Below are positions 21,717-30,876 of a DNA stretch of 64,000 nucleotides, in pieces. Position 1 is the first letter of the stretch; the number at the start of each line of letters is the position of its first letter. Below the pieces are notes generated by a model that was not told the origin of the DNA, did not search any database, and saw only the letters and a program-made list of their open reading frames with translations. The translations under genes were made by a program, and so were the position numbers. The stretch spans positions 1 to 64,000 of the forward strand of contig JBBRXO010000003.1 in NCBI GenBank assembly GCA_038248345.1. The letters run 5' to 3'. Source of the DNA: Armatimonadota bacterium. Its GTDB lineage: Bacteria; Armatimonadota; Hebobacteria; CAIYQO01.

Positions 21717-24331
21717 CTACGACCACTCAATGACGAAATAGCAGTTATCGGCGGCATTGTGGCGATACCAGGTGTTCTGGGTTTCTTCATCAGGATAACT
21801 GATATGGGCGTAGGTTTCGGTGCTTTCGACAGCAGCAGTCAGATTATTCCAGGTAACCGGCGCGCCATTGATCCATTGCCAGTGTTCATCACGATAGAAG
21901 AGTCCCAGATGATAATTACTTATTAAACTGGAATCACATACACTGGAGAGATAACGAAACAACGCCTGGGTGGATCGCTGCGAAGTTGGACATGCGAGAT
22001 GGCCACCCTGGCTTTGGCAGAAGGCTTCCGCGTCGTGCCAGGTCATCTGGTGCGGGATGGCGATAAATCGGAAACCATCACATTCAGTTACCCAGCGAGT
22101 GAGGTCTACAGTAGAGGTAGACGCTGATTGAGAAGGCATCCAAGCGCGTAACGCCTGATGGATGGGATCAAGCACGGAGAGAACATAACCGACACGATGA
22201 CTATTAATCTGGCGTAACGTAGGGATATCAGTGAGATCAGGTAGTGCCTATTGATGTATGATATTGAACTCCAATTGGCGTAAGGGTAATTGGCGCAGTA
22301 CCGTGGCATTCGATGCTGTGAGCTGAACACCATCCAGTAAAAGTACCGCCAGCGGTTTACCAGCTAATGGAGTAATATCCTCAATGAGAGTCTGGCGGCA
22401 GTCCAGAATAGTGAGGGGACTACTGGCGAGCGGGGATAGATCACGTATCGGATTCTTTCCGCACTCCAACCGGTGCAGTGGTAAACCCTGAAGCGGAGTT
22501 AGATCGGTAACATAATTCACCGTGAGCATAAGCTGCAATAATGAAGATCCGCTAAGTGGAGTCAGGTCGGTGATCTTGTTAAAGCGACAATCCAGCAATC
22601 TCAAGTGTATCCCTTGTAAAGGTGATAAGGTAGTGATGCCATTTGAATGGCATTGCAGACTCTCCAGAGGTGTGCCGACCAATGGGGAGAGGTCAGTTAT
22701 CTGATTATTATTAAACTCGCATTCCGTTAATGGCATCCCTCGTAGCGGAGATATATCAGTAATCAGGTTGGATCCGCAATCTAGAGTTCGTAATGGCATG
22801 CCCATTAAAGGTGAGAGGTCATTGATGCTATTACCTTGGCAGTTCAATAAGGTTAAAGACATGCCAGCGAGTGGTGTGAGCGATGTAATGCCAGTTTTAC
22901 GAATATTCAGACGCTGTAACGACATACTGGCTATAGCGTTCAATATCGTTTGCTTCTCCTTGGCTGTCGAATTGATAAATAGCTGTCGGAGGCGATCCAC
23001 GACTAAATGTGGAGTTTCGTCTGTACGATTCAAGGCCAATAGTTGTGTCAACGTCGTCATTACTCCGGCGATATCATGTCGCGTCAGACGAAAAAGCGCT
23101 AGCTCGCGCAATGCCTGCTGAGCAAAGGGATGATCGACGCTAATCCCGATCGTTTCCAGGGCTGCATCTTTAGCGTCGCCATGATGATCTGGCATGGCCA
23201 GGGCGGCGAGATACGCTGCCTCATTGCGCAAGGCAGGGTCAGTGATCTCCTTACCAGTACGTACAAACCACTTCCAGGCGAGTTCAGCTGCGCCCTGCGA
23301 CATCAGCACGCGCCCGGGTTCCAATATCGATACATACATGGGGGAACGACGTGAATGAATGCGTAGCTGGCGGATATCCGCGCTACCCTCATTAAAATGG
23401 CGTCCTAGCGCCACGTAGCGACAGGTATCGCCGGTGAGGGAGAAAGGGGCATGGTATTCCATGATGCGTTGGCCATCTATTTCAGCATAAAAGGTATCCC
23501 GTTCACGCCAGAGTGACACACTGAATTGCGATGCTTCATGGTTTAGCATGATGTTGCACACAGACAACACTTCCCAAGTACCATGTTGCACTGTTTCAAA
23601 GGTGATATGGTCATAATTCTGCAGGTGTAAGCGATAGCCAGTAAGGAGATCACCAGAGACGGCGAGGTAGATATTTATACCATCGTGCAGGCGATTATCA
23701 ATAACAACATCCAGGCAGGCCTCTTCTGATAGGTCACCTTCCCAACGCAGATGAGTCCACCAGAAGGCCGGGAGCAGGCGGAGCATCCCGTCTTCCAGCA
23801 CGATACGCTCAGGAGCAAGGTGTTGTGGCGCCTCCAATTCACTCGCGAAGTCCTGATACCAGTAGACGTTTAAGCGTGCATCGAGTTCTTGAGTCTGCGA
23901 AAAATCAGCCTCGAGTACAGTATTCCAGTGTACCTGAAAAAGCTCGCTTTGCTGCACAGTACCCATCCCAATATTCGCAGAATCAGGCGCTGGTGGTAGT
24001 TCCTTCCGCTTTTGCGAGGGAGTTACCCCGAAGTATTTGTGGAAGAGGCGAGAAAAATAGAAACTGTCGGCATAGCCAACTGCTTCGGCGACAGCAACTA
24101 TCGTCAATTCATGATTTAGCAGCAGTGTGGCGGCTTTTTCCATGCGAAGTGAAAGCAGATAGTGAATGGGACTCATGCCGAAAAATCGCTTGAACCTTTT
24201 GCAAAAGTAATTAGGGGTGATGCAAAGAGAAGGGCGAGATCATCTAATGATATCGCCTCGACGTAGTGTTCTTCCATGTAGGATTTTACACCGATGTATG
24301 TATATGGAATCTGAGCCTGATCATTTTGCAT
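21717..24331 (-). pseudogene. AraC-HTH / beta-sandwich / LRR / C-type lectin multidomain regulator, interrupted
   Basis: Reconstructed MQNDQAQ...YMEEHYVEAISLDDLALLF|CITPNYFCKRFKRFFGMSPIHY (1-nt frameshift at 24224-24226). About ten 22-aa LRRs. In-frame TAG at 22250-22248, after which the same frame continues into a C-type lectin (TWHDAEAFCQSQGGHLAC...WQWING...YFVIEW). Confidence 0.8.
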
Positions 24332-24688
24332 ATTATAGTCCGGGTGATACCTGACAAATTAAAGCCGAATGAGGGAAATGCATATTCAATTATGCCGGGA
24401 AATTGCGTAGTAAGTAGACCATTACCCCAACGCCAATGATTATGTTGAATTAGAATACTGTGAGTATAACGCAAAAAGACTATTTTATCCAGATATTGGC
24501 CTTTCTAGTCCATGTTATCTTTGCCAATGACGATATACAATGAATTATTAGAGTTGTACACAAGCTGTTTTATAGCTAAAGTGCCCACCTTTCCTATCTT
24601 CTCCGTGTCCTCTCTGCCTCTGTGTTGAAAAAAGAATGGAATAACGGTGAGTTAAAGATTAATATCGCATTAAAATTCGTTTTTGCTA

Positions 24689-24716
24689 TTGACAACCAGA
24701 AAAAAGCTGGTATAAT
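24689..24716 (+). promoter_or_regulatory. Sigma70-type promoter for the pilin-like gene
   Basis: TTGACA-N16-TATAAT with TG extension. Confidence 0.75.
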
Positions 24717-24798
24717 TAAAAGTACAACTTATACGGTTTATCGGATGTTTAAGCTGGTCTGCCGGAAAATTTAATAAGTTGAAAAAAAGGAGAAGATT

Positions 24799-25965
24799 AT
24801 GTATTCATAACTACGTCGAGGGTTTACCCTCATCGAACTGCTGGTGGTTATCGCGATCATCGCGATTTTAGCCGCCATTCTCTTTCCCGTGTTCTCTAAG
24901 GCTCGTGAAAAAGCCCGGCAGACACAGTGCCAGAACAACCAACGCCAGCTGGCCATCGCCATCAGCATGTACACGCAGGAGCACGAAGAGACCCTGCCCT
25001 TAAATGCTACCGTTTGGCAGTCACTGAAATTGACCTCGGCACTCTCCTCCAACCAAGCCGCTTTAGCAGTAAGCAGTAGCGTAACCAAATGCCCGAACAA
25101 ACCACAGGCTAATGGCTATGTCTACAATGGTATGCTCTCCGGCGTCTCCCTGGGCGATGCCAGCAAGGGCGACCCCACCGGCGTGTGGATGATTGCTGAT
25201 GGAAATTCAGCTGATCCAGCTATGCCCAACGTAGCTTCTGGAATAGGTGATGTAGACGGCATTCGCCACGCCAACAGCTTCATTGCCGCCGCCCTGGATG
25301 GCCATGTGGAAATGAACAAAACTGCCGACAAGGTCGCCTGGAATGGCCGTGCTGGCAACTACGGTTTGCTGTTGTATAATAACCCGAATCTTTTTGCTGG
25401 TATGACATCAGGCTTAGTTACAACAAGTGGTTCGTTAACAGTTTCCCCACAAGCGCAAGCTGCTGGTACAGGAGAACCTTACAACTCTACTATCGTCTGG
25501 TTTGATTCACCAAACAATAAACTGACGTTAAATGCAGCAGCTCACGGACATTCCTCTGCTTCTATTGACTTTGCTTCATCTGTTGCCGGCGCTAACTATT
25601 TTGAAGTAACAGGAAGTATTAATTTCAGCAAATCTTGTTGGAGCGGCGATTCTGGCGGTGGTGCTGACCCAGGCGTATTAACCTTTGCTTCTGGTAATAC
25701 TCCTATGGTAGTCATCAAAGGAGTGGGGAATACATCTATTACCGTAAATGATACAACTGTACCTGGTATTAGCCCGACTGCAATCAATCTCTTCAAAGTA
25801 ATAATCCGTAGTGACAACACCGTCACTGTCACTATTGGTGGAATATCAGTCAATACCACCGGTGGCCCAATCAACAAGATAACATTAGATTTACCGATTA
25901 CTACTAGAGATACGCAAAGTCAATGCATCGCCGAATTATCCAATCTCGGTATTTTGGCAAAATAG
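24799..25965 (+). pseudogene. Prepilin-type N-terminal cleavage/methylation, DUF1559-like protein with a premature stop
   Basis: RBS AAGGAG, then ATG TAT TCA TAA CTA CGT CGA GGG TTT ACC CTC ATC GAA = [31 protein letters not shown]...[13 protein letters not shown]...DGHV. Confidence 0.8.
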
Positions 25966-25977
25966 TTCGACCGATAA

Positions 25978-26067
25978 TTAGAAACAAGCGACAACCCCGC
26001 CGGCCTCATCTACAACCGGGTACTGTCCGCCGCAGAGATCAGCGCACTGGCAGCTGGGAAGCAATAA
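25978..26067 (+). pseudogene. Orphan C-terminal remnant of a LamG/ConA-like domain
   Basis: Translates ...GLIYNRVLSAAEISALAAGKQ*, matching the LamG C-terminal IYNRAL-x3-EI motif; only 29 codons with no start codon. Confidence 0.55.
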
Positions 26068-26182
26068 GCCGGTAGTTTTACTCTGCGGCAAACGACGATG
26101 GCGCTGCTGATCTATCAAATCAGTAGCGCCATCGTTGTTCTGCAATTTCCTCACCCTCACCGATTTCAGCTATAATAATCCC

Positions 26183-27331
26183 ATGGACAATCTGCCGCCT
26201 TTATACTTGGATTACGCCGCTACTACGCCGCTGGATGAGCACGTGCTTGCCACTATGCGCCCTTATCAGGAGAATGTTTTTGGCAACCCTTCCAGCCAGC
26301 ATTCTTTTGGCCGCACTGCCCGGACCGCGGTGGATGCTGCGCGTGACATGGTGGCAGATCTACTGGGCGCGCGCTCTTCCGAGATTATCTTTACCAGCGG
26401 CGGCACTGAGGCTAACAATATTGCTCTCAAGGGTGTGGCTCATGCCGCTGTTGTACGTGGCGGAAATCATCTGATCACCACCGCCTTCGAGCACCATGCC
26501 GTTCTGGCTCCCTGCAAAACTCTGGCGCGTGAGGGTTTTCTGGTTACCTATTTGCAAACAGATACTAACGGCTACATATCCGCAGCGCAGGTGGCAAATA
26601 GCATTACCCCTGCTACCACGCTGGTCTCGGTGATGCTGGCGAATAACGAGATCGGTACTATCCAACCCGTGCGTGAGATCGCCGATATCTGCCATACTCA
26701 GGGCGTCTATCTGCATACCGACGCTGTGCAAGCTGCCGGAGAATTTGTGCTCAAAGTCGATGAATTAGGCGTTGACCTGCTCTCGTTGAGCGGCCATAAA
26801 ATATATGGTCCTAAAGGGGTGGGGGTGCTTTACGTTCGTTCTGGTGTGCGTCTGCAACCGCAAATGGACGGCGGCGGCCAGGAGATGGAGCGCCGTGCTG
26901 GTACCGAGTCTGTCGCCGCCATCGTCGGCTTCGCCGAAGCCCTCCGTCTCGCGCACGACCCCGGCGAGATTACCCGTCAACAAATTCTTCGCGACCTGCT
27001 CATTGATGGCCTGTTGGCGCTCCCTGGAACTACGCTCAACGGCGGCCGCGCACCGCGTCTGTCCAACAACGTTAATGTCAGTTTCGCTGGTATCCCCGGG
27101 GAGACGATGCTCGTCGCCCTTGATCTCTCCGGCATTGCTATCAGCACCGGTGCCGCCTGCTCCGCGGGTGCGGTGGAGGCCAGTCATGTATTGTTGGCAT
27201 TGGGCCGTTCCCCGGCCGTCGCCGCTGAAGCAATCCGCTTCTCGCTCGGCCGTGCGACGACTGAAAGCGATATCATCCGTACCCTATCCACCGCCCAGGA
27301 GATAGCAGGCAGATTAAGGAACATAGCGTAG
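26183..27331 (+). CDS. iscS: Cysteine desulfurase (IscS/NifS type)
   Basis: YLDYAATTP, GNPSS, FTSGGTEANN, HTDAVQ, SGHKIYGPKG and STGAACS motifs. Confidence 0.92.
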   Translation: MDNLPPLYLDYAATTPLDEHVLATMRPYQENVFGNPSSQHSFGRTARTAVDAARDMVADLLGARSSEIIFTSGGTEANNIALKGVAHAAVVRGGNHLITTAFEHHAVLAPCKTLAREGFLVTYLQTDTNGYISAAQVANSITPATTLVSVMLANNEIGTIQPVREIADICHTQGVYLHTDAVQAAGEFVLKVDELGVDLLSLSGHKIYGPKGVGVLYVRSGVRLQPQMDGGGQEMERRAGTESVAAIVGFAEALRLAHDPGEITRQQILRDLLIDGLLALPGTTLNGGRAPRLSNNVNVSFAGIPGETMLVALDLSGIAISTGAACSAGAVEASHVLLALGRSPAVAAEAIRFSLGRATTESDIIRTLSTAQEIAGRLRNIA

Positions 27332-27393
27332 ATTATTGACGCCCGCTCGCTATCGGGGTACGATTAATGCAAATGTTTATTCGGGGGTGGGTG

Positions 27394-28374
27394 ATGAATA
27401 GTTGGCGGCGTTGGCTGGCGCTCATATGTGCTATAGCGGTAATGGGGTTTGCCATGGGGGCGGGGTGCGTCGGCGGGTCATCTGTTGCAGCCCCTGTCAT
27501 TACGCCCAAGTTTGACTTTGACCGTGCTTTTGCTGATCTGGATAAACAACTCACCTTCGGTTTCCGGGTGCCCGGAACACCTGCGCATCAGAAGGTACAG
27601 GAGTGGATTGTGGAACAGATAAAGCCGTCTTGCGCCACGGTTACCTTGCAACCGTTCAAAGACACGCTGGGCGGCAAAGAGGTGCAGATGAATAACATCA
27701 TCGGCAGCATCCCCGGCAACGGTAAGGCTCCCCGCGAGGTGGTAATCGTGGCCGCCCATTGGGATAGTCGCCCTACCGCCGATTACGATCCCGATGTAAA
27801 GAAGCGTCTCACTCCTATTCCCGGCGCCAACGACGGTGCCTCCGGGGTGGCAGTATTAATTGAGATTGGCCGTCAACTAAAGGCCAACCCCATTACACGC
27901 GACGTGCTCCTGGTTTTCTTTGACGGCGAAGATTTTGGCACCTACCCGGATCAGGATCAAGACCGCAACATCAGTAAGATGCTCCTTGGCTCCAAATTCT
28001 ACGCGAAGAATCTGCCTACGCCGAAACCATCATGGGGTATATTGCTAGACATGATCGGCGACAAAGACCTGGCTGTCTACCGTGAGCCAAACTCGGATAA
28101 GTATGCCAAGGAAGTGAACGACCGTGTCTTCGCTGCCGCTAAAGAGATGGGTTATATGCGTACTGGCAAAACCTCCGGTTTCATCGACAAGCCCAACGCC
28201 TTTGCTATAGTTGACGACCACATCGCCATCAATGAAGCTGGGGTGCCGATGATTGACCTGATCGACTTCAATTACAAGCCGTGGCATACTACATTAGATG
28301 ATATCACCCAGGTAAGCCCGGATAGCCTGAAGATCGTCGGCAATACCGTGCTGTATGCGCTGCAGATGCCGTAG
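27394..28374 (+). CDS. M28-family peptidase / glutaminyl cyclase-like lipoprotein
   Basis: Signal peptide with AGC lipobox; AHWDSR, GANDGASG, DGED, LDMIGD, DDH and WHT motifs. Confidence 0.88.
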   Translation: MNSWRRWLALICAIAVMGFAMGAGCVGGSSVAAPVITPKFDFDRAFADLDKQLTFGFRVPGTPAHQKVQEWIVEQIKPSCATVTLQPFKDTLGGKEVQMNNIIGSIPGNGKAPREVVIVAAHWDSRPTADYDPDVKKRLTPIPGANDGASGVAVLIEIGRQLKANPITRDVLLVFFDGEDFGTYPDQDQDRNISKMLLGSKFYAKNLPTPKPSWGILLDMIGDKDLAVYREPNSDKYAKEVNDRVFAAAKEMGYMRTGKTSGFIDKPNAFAIVDDHIAINEAGVPMIDLIDFNYKPWHTTLDDITQVSPDSLKIVGNTVLYALQMP

Positions 28375-28385
28375 AGAAAAACCGG

Positions 28386-28524
28386 ATCCACCCCGTAAAC
28401 GAGGTGGCTAGCAAGGGCAAGCACGCTAAAGCGCGCTGTTTTCAATTCGTAAATTACGTGGTCAATGTTCTTAGCGCCCTTTAGGGTGCTTTCAGTTGTT
28501 AGCCACCTCCTTCAGGGGGTGGAT
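28386..28524. repeat. Pair of 52-bp imperfect inverted repeats (REP/MITE-like)
   Basis: ATCCACCCCGTAAACGAGGTGGCTAGCAAGGGCAAGCACGCTAAAGCGCGCT (28386-28437) matches the reverse complement of 28473-28524, ATCCACCCCCTGAAGGAGGTGGCTAACAACTGAAAGCACCCTAAAGGGCGCT. Confidence 0.8.
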
Positions 28525-28541
28525 TAAGGTAAAAAACCAAA

Positions 28542-29567
28542 ATGGATGAACGGATAATTTCAGGCAAAGAAGCCATTGAAGACGTGGTGAGCTCCTCGGC
28601 GTTGCGCCCGTTGACTTTGGCGGAGTACATCGGGCAGACGCAGATCAAGGAGAACCTGTCCACCTGTATTCAGGCGGCGAAGGGGCGCGAGGAGACGCTG
28701 GACCACGTGCTGCTCTACGGCCCGCCGGGGCTGGGCAAGACCACGCTGGCGCAGATAATCGCGCATGAGATGGGCGCGGAGATAGTCTGCAGCAGCGGCC
28801 CGGCGATGGAGCGCGCCGGCGACCTGGTGGGCATCCTTACTAACCTGCCGAAAAACTCGGTCTTCTTCATAGATGAGATTCACCGCTTGCCGCGCGTGGT
28901 AGAGGAGTACCTCTACTCGGCGATGGAGGACTTCTCCGTCGACTTCATGATCGACAAGGGCGCCTTCGCCAAGAGCATCAAGATGCCGGTGCAACGCTTC
29001 ACGCTGGTGGGGGCCACCACGCGAGCGGGCAAGTTGACGGCCCCACTGCGTGAGCGTTTCGGCATATTTTACCATCTGGAATTCTACCCGGTGGAGGAGC
29101 TGGTGAAGATCGTCAACCGCTCGGCGCGCCTATTGAAGGTAGAGATTGACGCCCCCGGTGCCGAGGAGATCGCCCGCCGCAGCCGTGGCACCCCGCGCAT
29201 CGCCAACCGCCTGCTGCGCCGCGTGCGCGACTACGCCCAGGTGAAGGCTGACGGCATCATCACCTGCGAGATAGCCGATACGGCACTGCTGGCGTTGGGG
29301 GTAGACCGGCTGGGACTGGATGAGCTGGACCGTAAGCTGCTGCGCACCATCATCGACTTCTACCAGGGCGGCCCGGTAGGCGTGGAGGCGATAGCCGCCA
29401 CCATCAATGAGGAGAGCGAGACGCTGGTGGACATGGTAGAGCCATTCCTGCTGAAGATCGGCTACCTCAGCCGCACCCCCAGTGGTCGCAAAGCCACCCA
29501 CCTGGCCTACCAGCACTTCGGCCTGTCGCAGGGCGATGTTACGGCGGGGACGTTGTTTGGGGAGTGA
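28542..29567 (+). CDS. ruvB: Holliday junction branch migration helicase RuvB
   Basis: [46 protein letters not shown] and GGPVG motifs. Confidence 0.97.
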   Translation: MDERIISGKEAIEDVVSSSALRPLTLAEYIGQTQIKENLSTCIQAAKGREETLDHVLLYGPPGLGKTTLAQIIAHEMGAEIVCSSGPAMERAGDLVGILTNLPKNSVFFIDEIHRLPRVVEEYLYSAMEDFSVDFMIDKGAFAKSIKMPVQRFTLVGATTRAGKLTAPLRERFGIFYHLEFYPVEELVKIVNRSARLLKVEIDAPGAEEIARRSRGTPRIANRLLRRVRDYAQVKADGIITCEIADTALLALGVDRLGLDELDRKLLRTIIDFYQGGPVGVEAIAATINEESETLVDMVEPFLLKIGYLSRTPSGRKATHLAYQHFGLSQGDVTAGTLFGE

Positions 29568-29695
29568 AGGCGGTTGGTGGTTTAGGTTTAATTCACAGGA
29601 TATCAGGATTAGAGGGATGTGGGTGAATTGAAAGCTTCACGCTGGCTATGCTTTGGACATTTTTTGTTAGTTTCAACTGAATAGGCGCATTAATC

Positions 29696-29840
29696 GGGGA
29701 CTGTCCCCCTCCTGCCGAAGGATCAGCTGTTTCGACAGGGTGGGGACAGTCCCAACCGGAGACTGAATACGAAAGAGAGGCTAACTATGGTAGGTATAAA
29801 TCTCGATTATGCCGGCTACTGTGCGCGAGGACAGTCCCCG
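29696..29840. repeat. Cluster of short GGGGAC(T/A)GTCCCC palindromes
   Basis: Copies at 29696-29708, 29742-29753 and (partial) 29829-29840. Confidence 0.6.
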
Positions 29841-29930
29841 GTTAGCGCCGGTTTTTTGTGCTAGTCGTCCGGTAAAAACTGCTGGTAACGTTATTGCAGA
29901 TAGCCAGGCAAATATTTGAGGACGCACACG

Positions 29931-30719
29931 ATGGCAACTAATAAATGTCCGAAGTGTGGTGAATAATTGGCGGAAGATGGCATTAGCTGCGACCACTGTG
30001 ATGCGAGTACTTCCGACATTCCATCAAAACAGATTCCGATGCCTCCGCCTCCTATCATTGCGGGCAGTAAGATGGACGATAAAGAACCGGTCATGAATCC
30101 GCTGGCCGGCTGGTCGCTTTTTCTGGGGATCGCATCCATTTATCTGTCAATCATTACCGGGATTGTCGGGCTGGTACTGAGGATACTGGCGATTATGCAG
30201 ATTCGAGCTAGCCAAGGACGCCAGAGAGGAATTGGATTAGCTGTCGCCGGCATAATCACCTCTATCATCCTCTCCATATTTATCGCAAGTACATACTATG
30301 GAATGCTAAAATCGGTGCGTTCGAAAGCTCGCCAGACGGTGTGTATGGATAATCAGCGACAAATGGCCACAGCAATTGCGGTTTATATACAGGATCATGA
30401 TGGCAACTATCCTACCGGTGATTTCTTTGCATTGATAAATAGCCCACAGAGCAGCCCTTCAAATACAACCATATTGCGGTGCCCAGAAAGCAAACTCGCC
30501 AACGGATATGGTTACAATAATAACTTGCGTGGTAATAACGTAAAGATGGTAGCAGATCCTGCTACCACGATACTTACAGCCGATGGCACGGGATTGCCCT
30601 TCTACACTTCAGCTGATATTGCCCCCAAACGGCACAAATACTTCTTCATCGCTTCCTTTGTCGATGGGCATGTAAAAGCGAAAAGCGCAGAAGATAAGAT
30701 ATCGTTGGAGATTAATTGA
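29931..30719 (+). pseudogene. Zn-ribbon / DUF4190 / DUF1559-like membrane protein with a premature stop
   Basis: RBS GAGG, then MATNKCPKCGE*LAEDGISCDHC (TAA at 29964-29966). Followed by hydrophobic helices with RGIGLAVAGII and KARQTVCMDNQRQ...DGHV. Confidence 0.75.
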
Positions 30720-30876
30720 CGAAAGTTTTTCTGTAGCCATGTAATACATTGAGGCACATCAGCTTTAATCCCGATAAATGTCGGTAAATTTCTAGTGAAT
30801 TATGCTTGCGCCAACCCCGATCCTCTGATATATTACGCATAGAGGCAAACAACGAAGGCATTACGGTATATACATC

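Noticed and set aside
21399..21726. Short ORFs in the AT-rich gap (also 24286-24474 and 37945-38136)
   Set aside because: No RBS or motifs and atypical composition; probably intergenic or regulatory DNA.
22290..22920. 66-bp periodic sequence as a CRISPR array or DGR repeat
   Set aside because: It is the coding periodicity of degenerate 22-aa LRRs. There are no identical repeats with spacers and no cas or reverse transcriptase gene.
28560..29516. Long antisense and alternative-frame ORFs over ruvB (also over dinB, pyrD, acsB, nuoF)
   Set aside because: These are shadow ORFs caused by high GC3 in well-supported genes and have no recognisable motifs.
22248..29966. Stop-codon reassignment or pyrrolysine as the explanation for the in-frame TAA/TAG codons
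   Set aside because: TAA, TAG and TGA all end intact, full-length genes in this window. No pyl genes are visible and the TAG is not in a methylamine methyltransferase.
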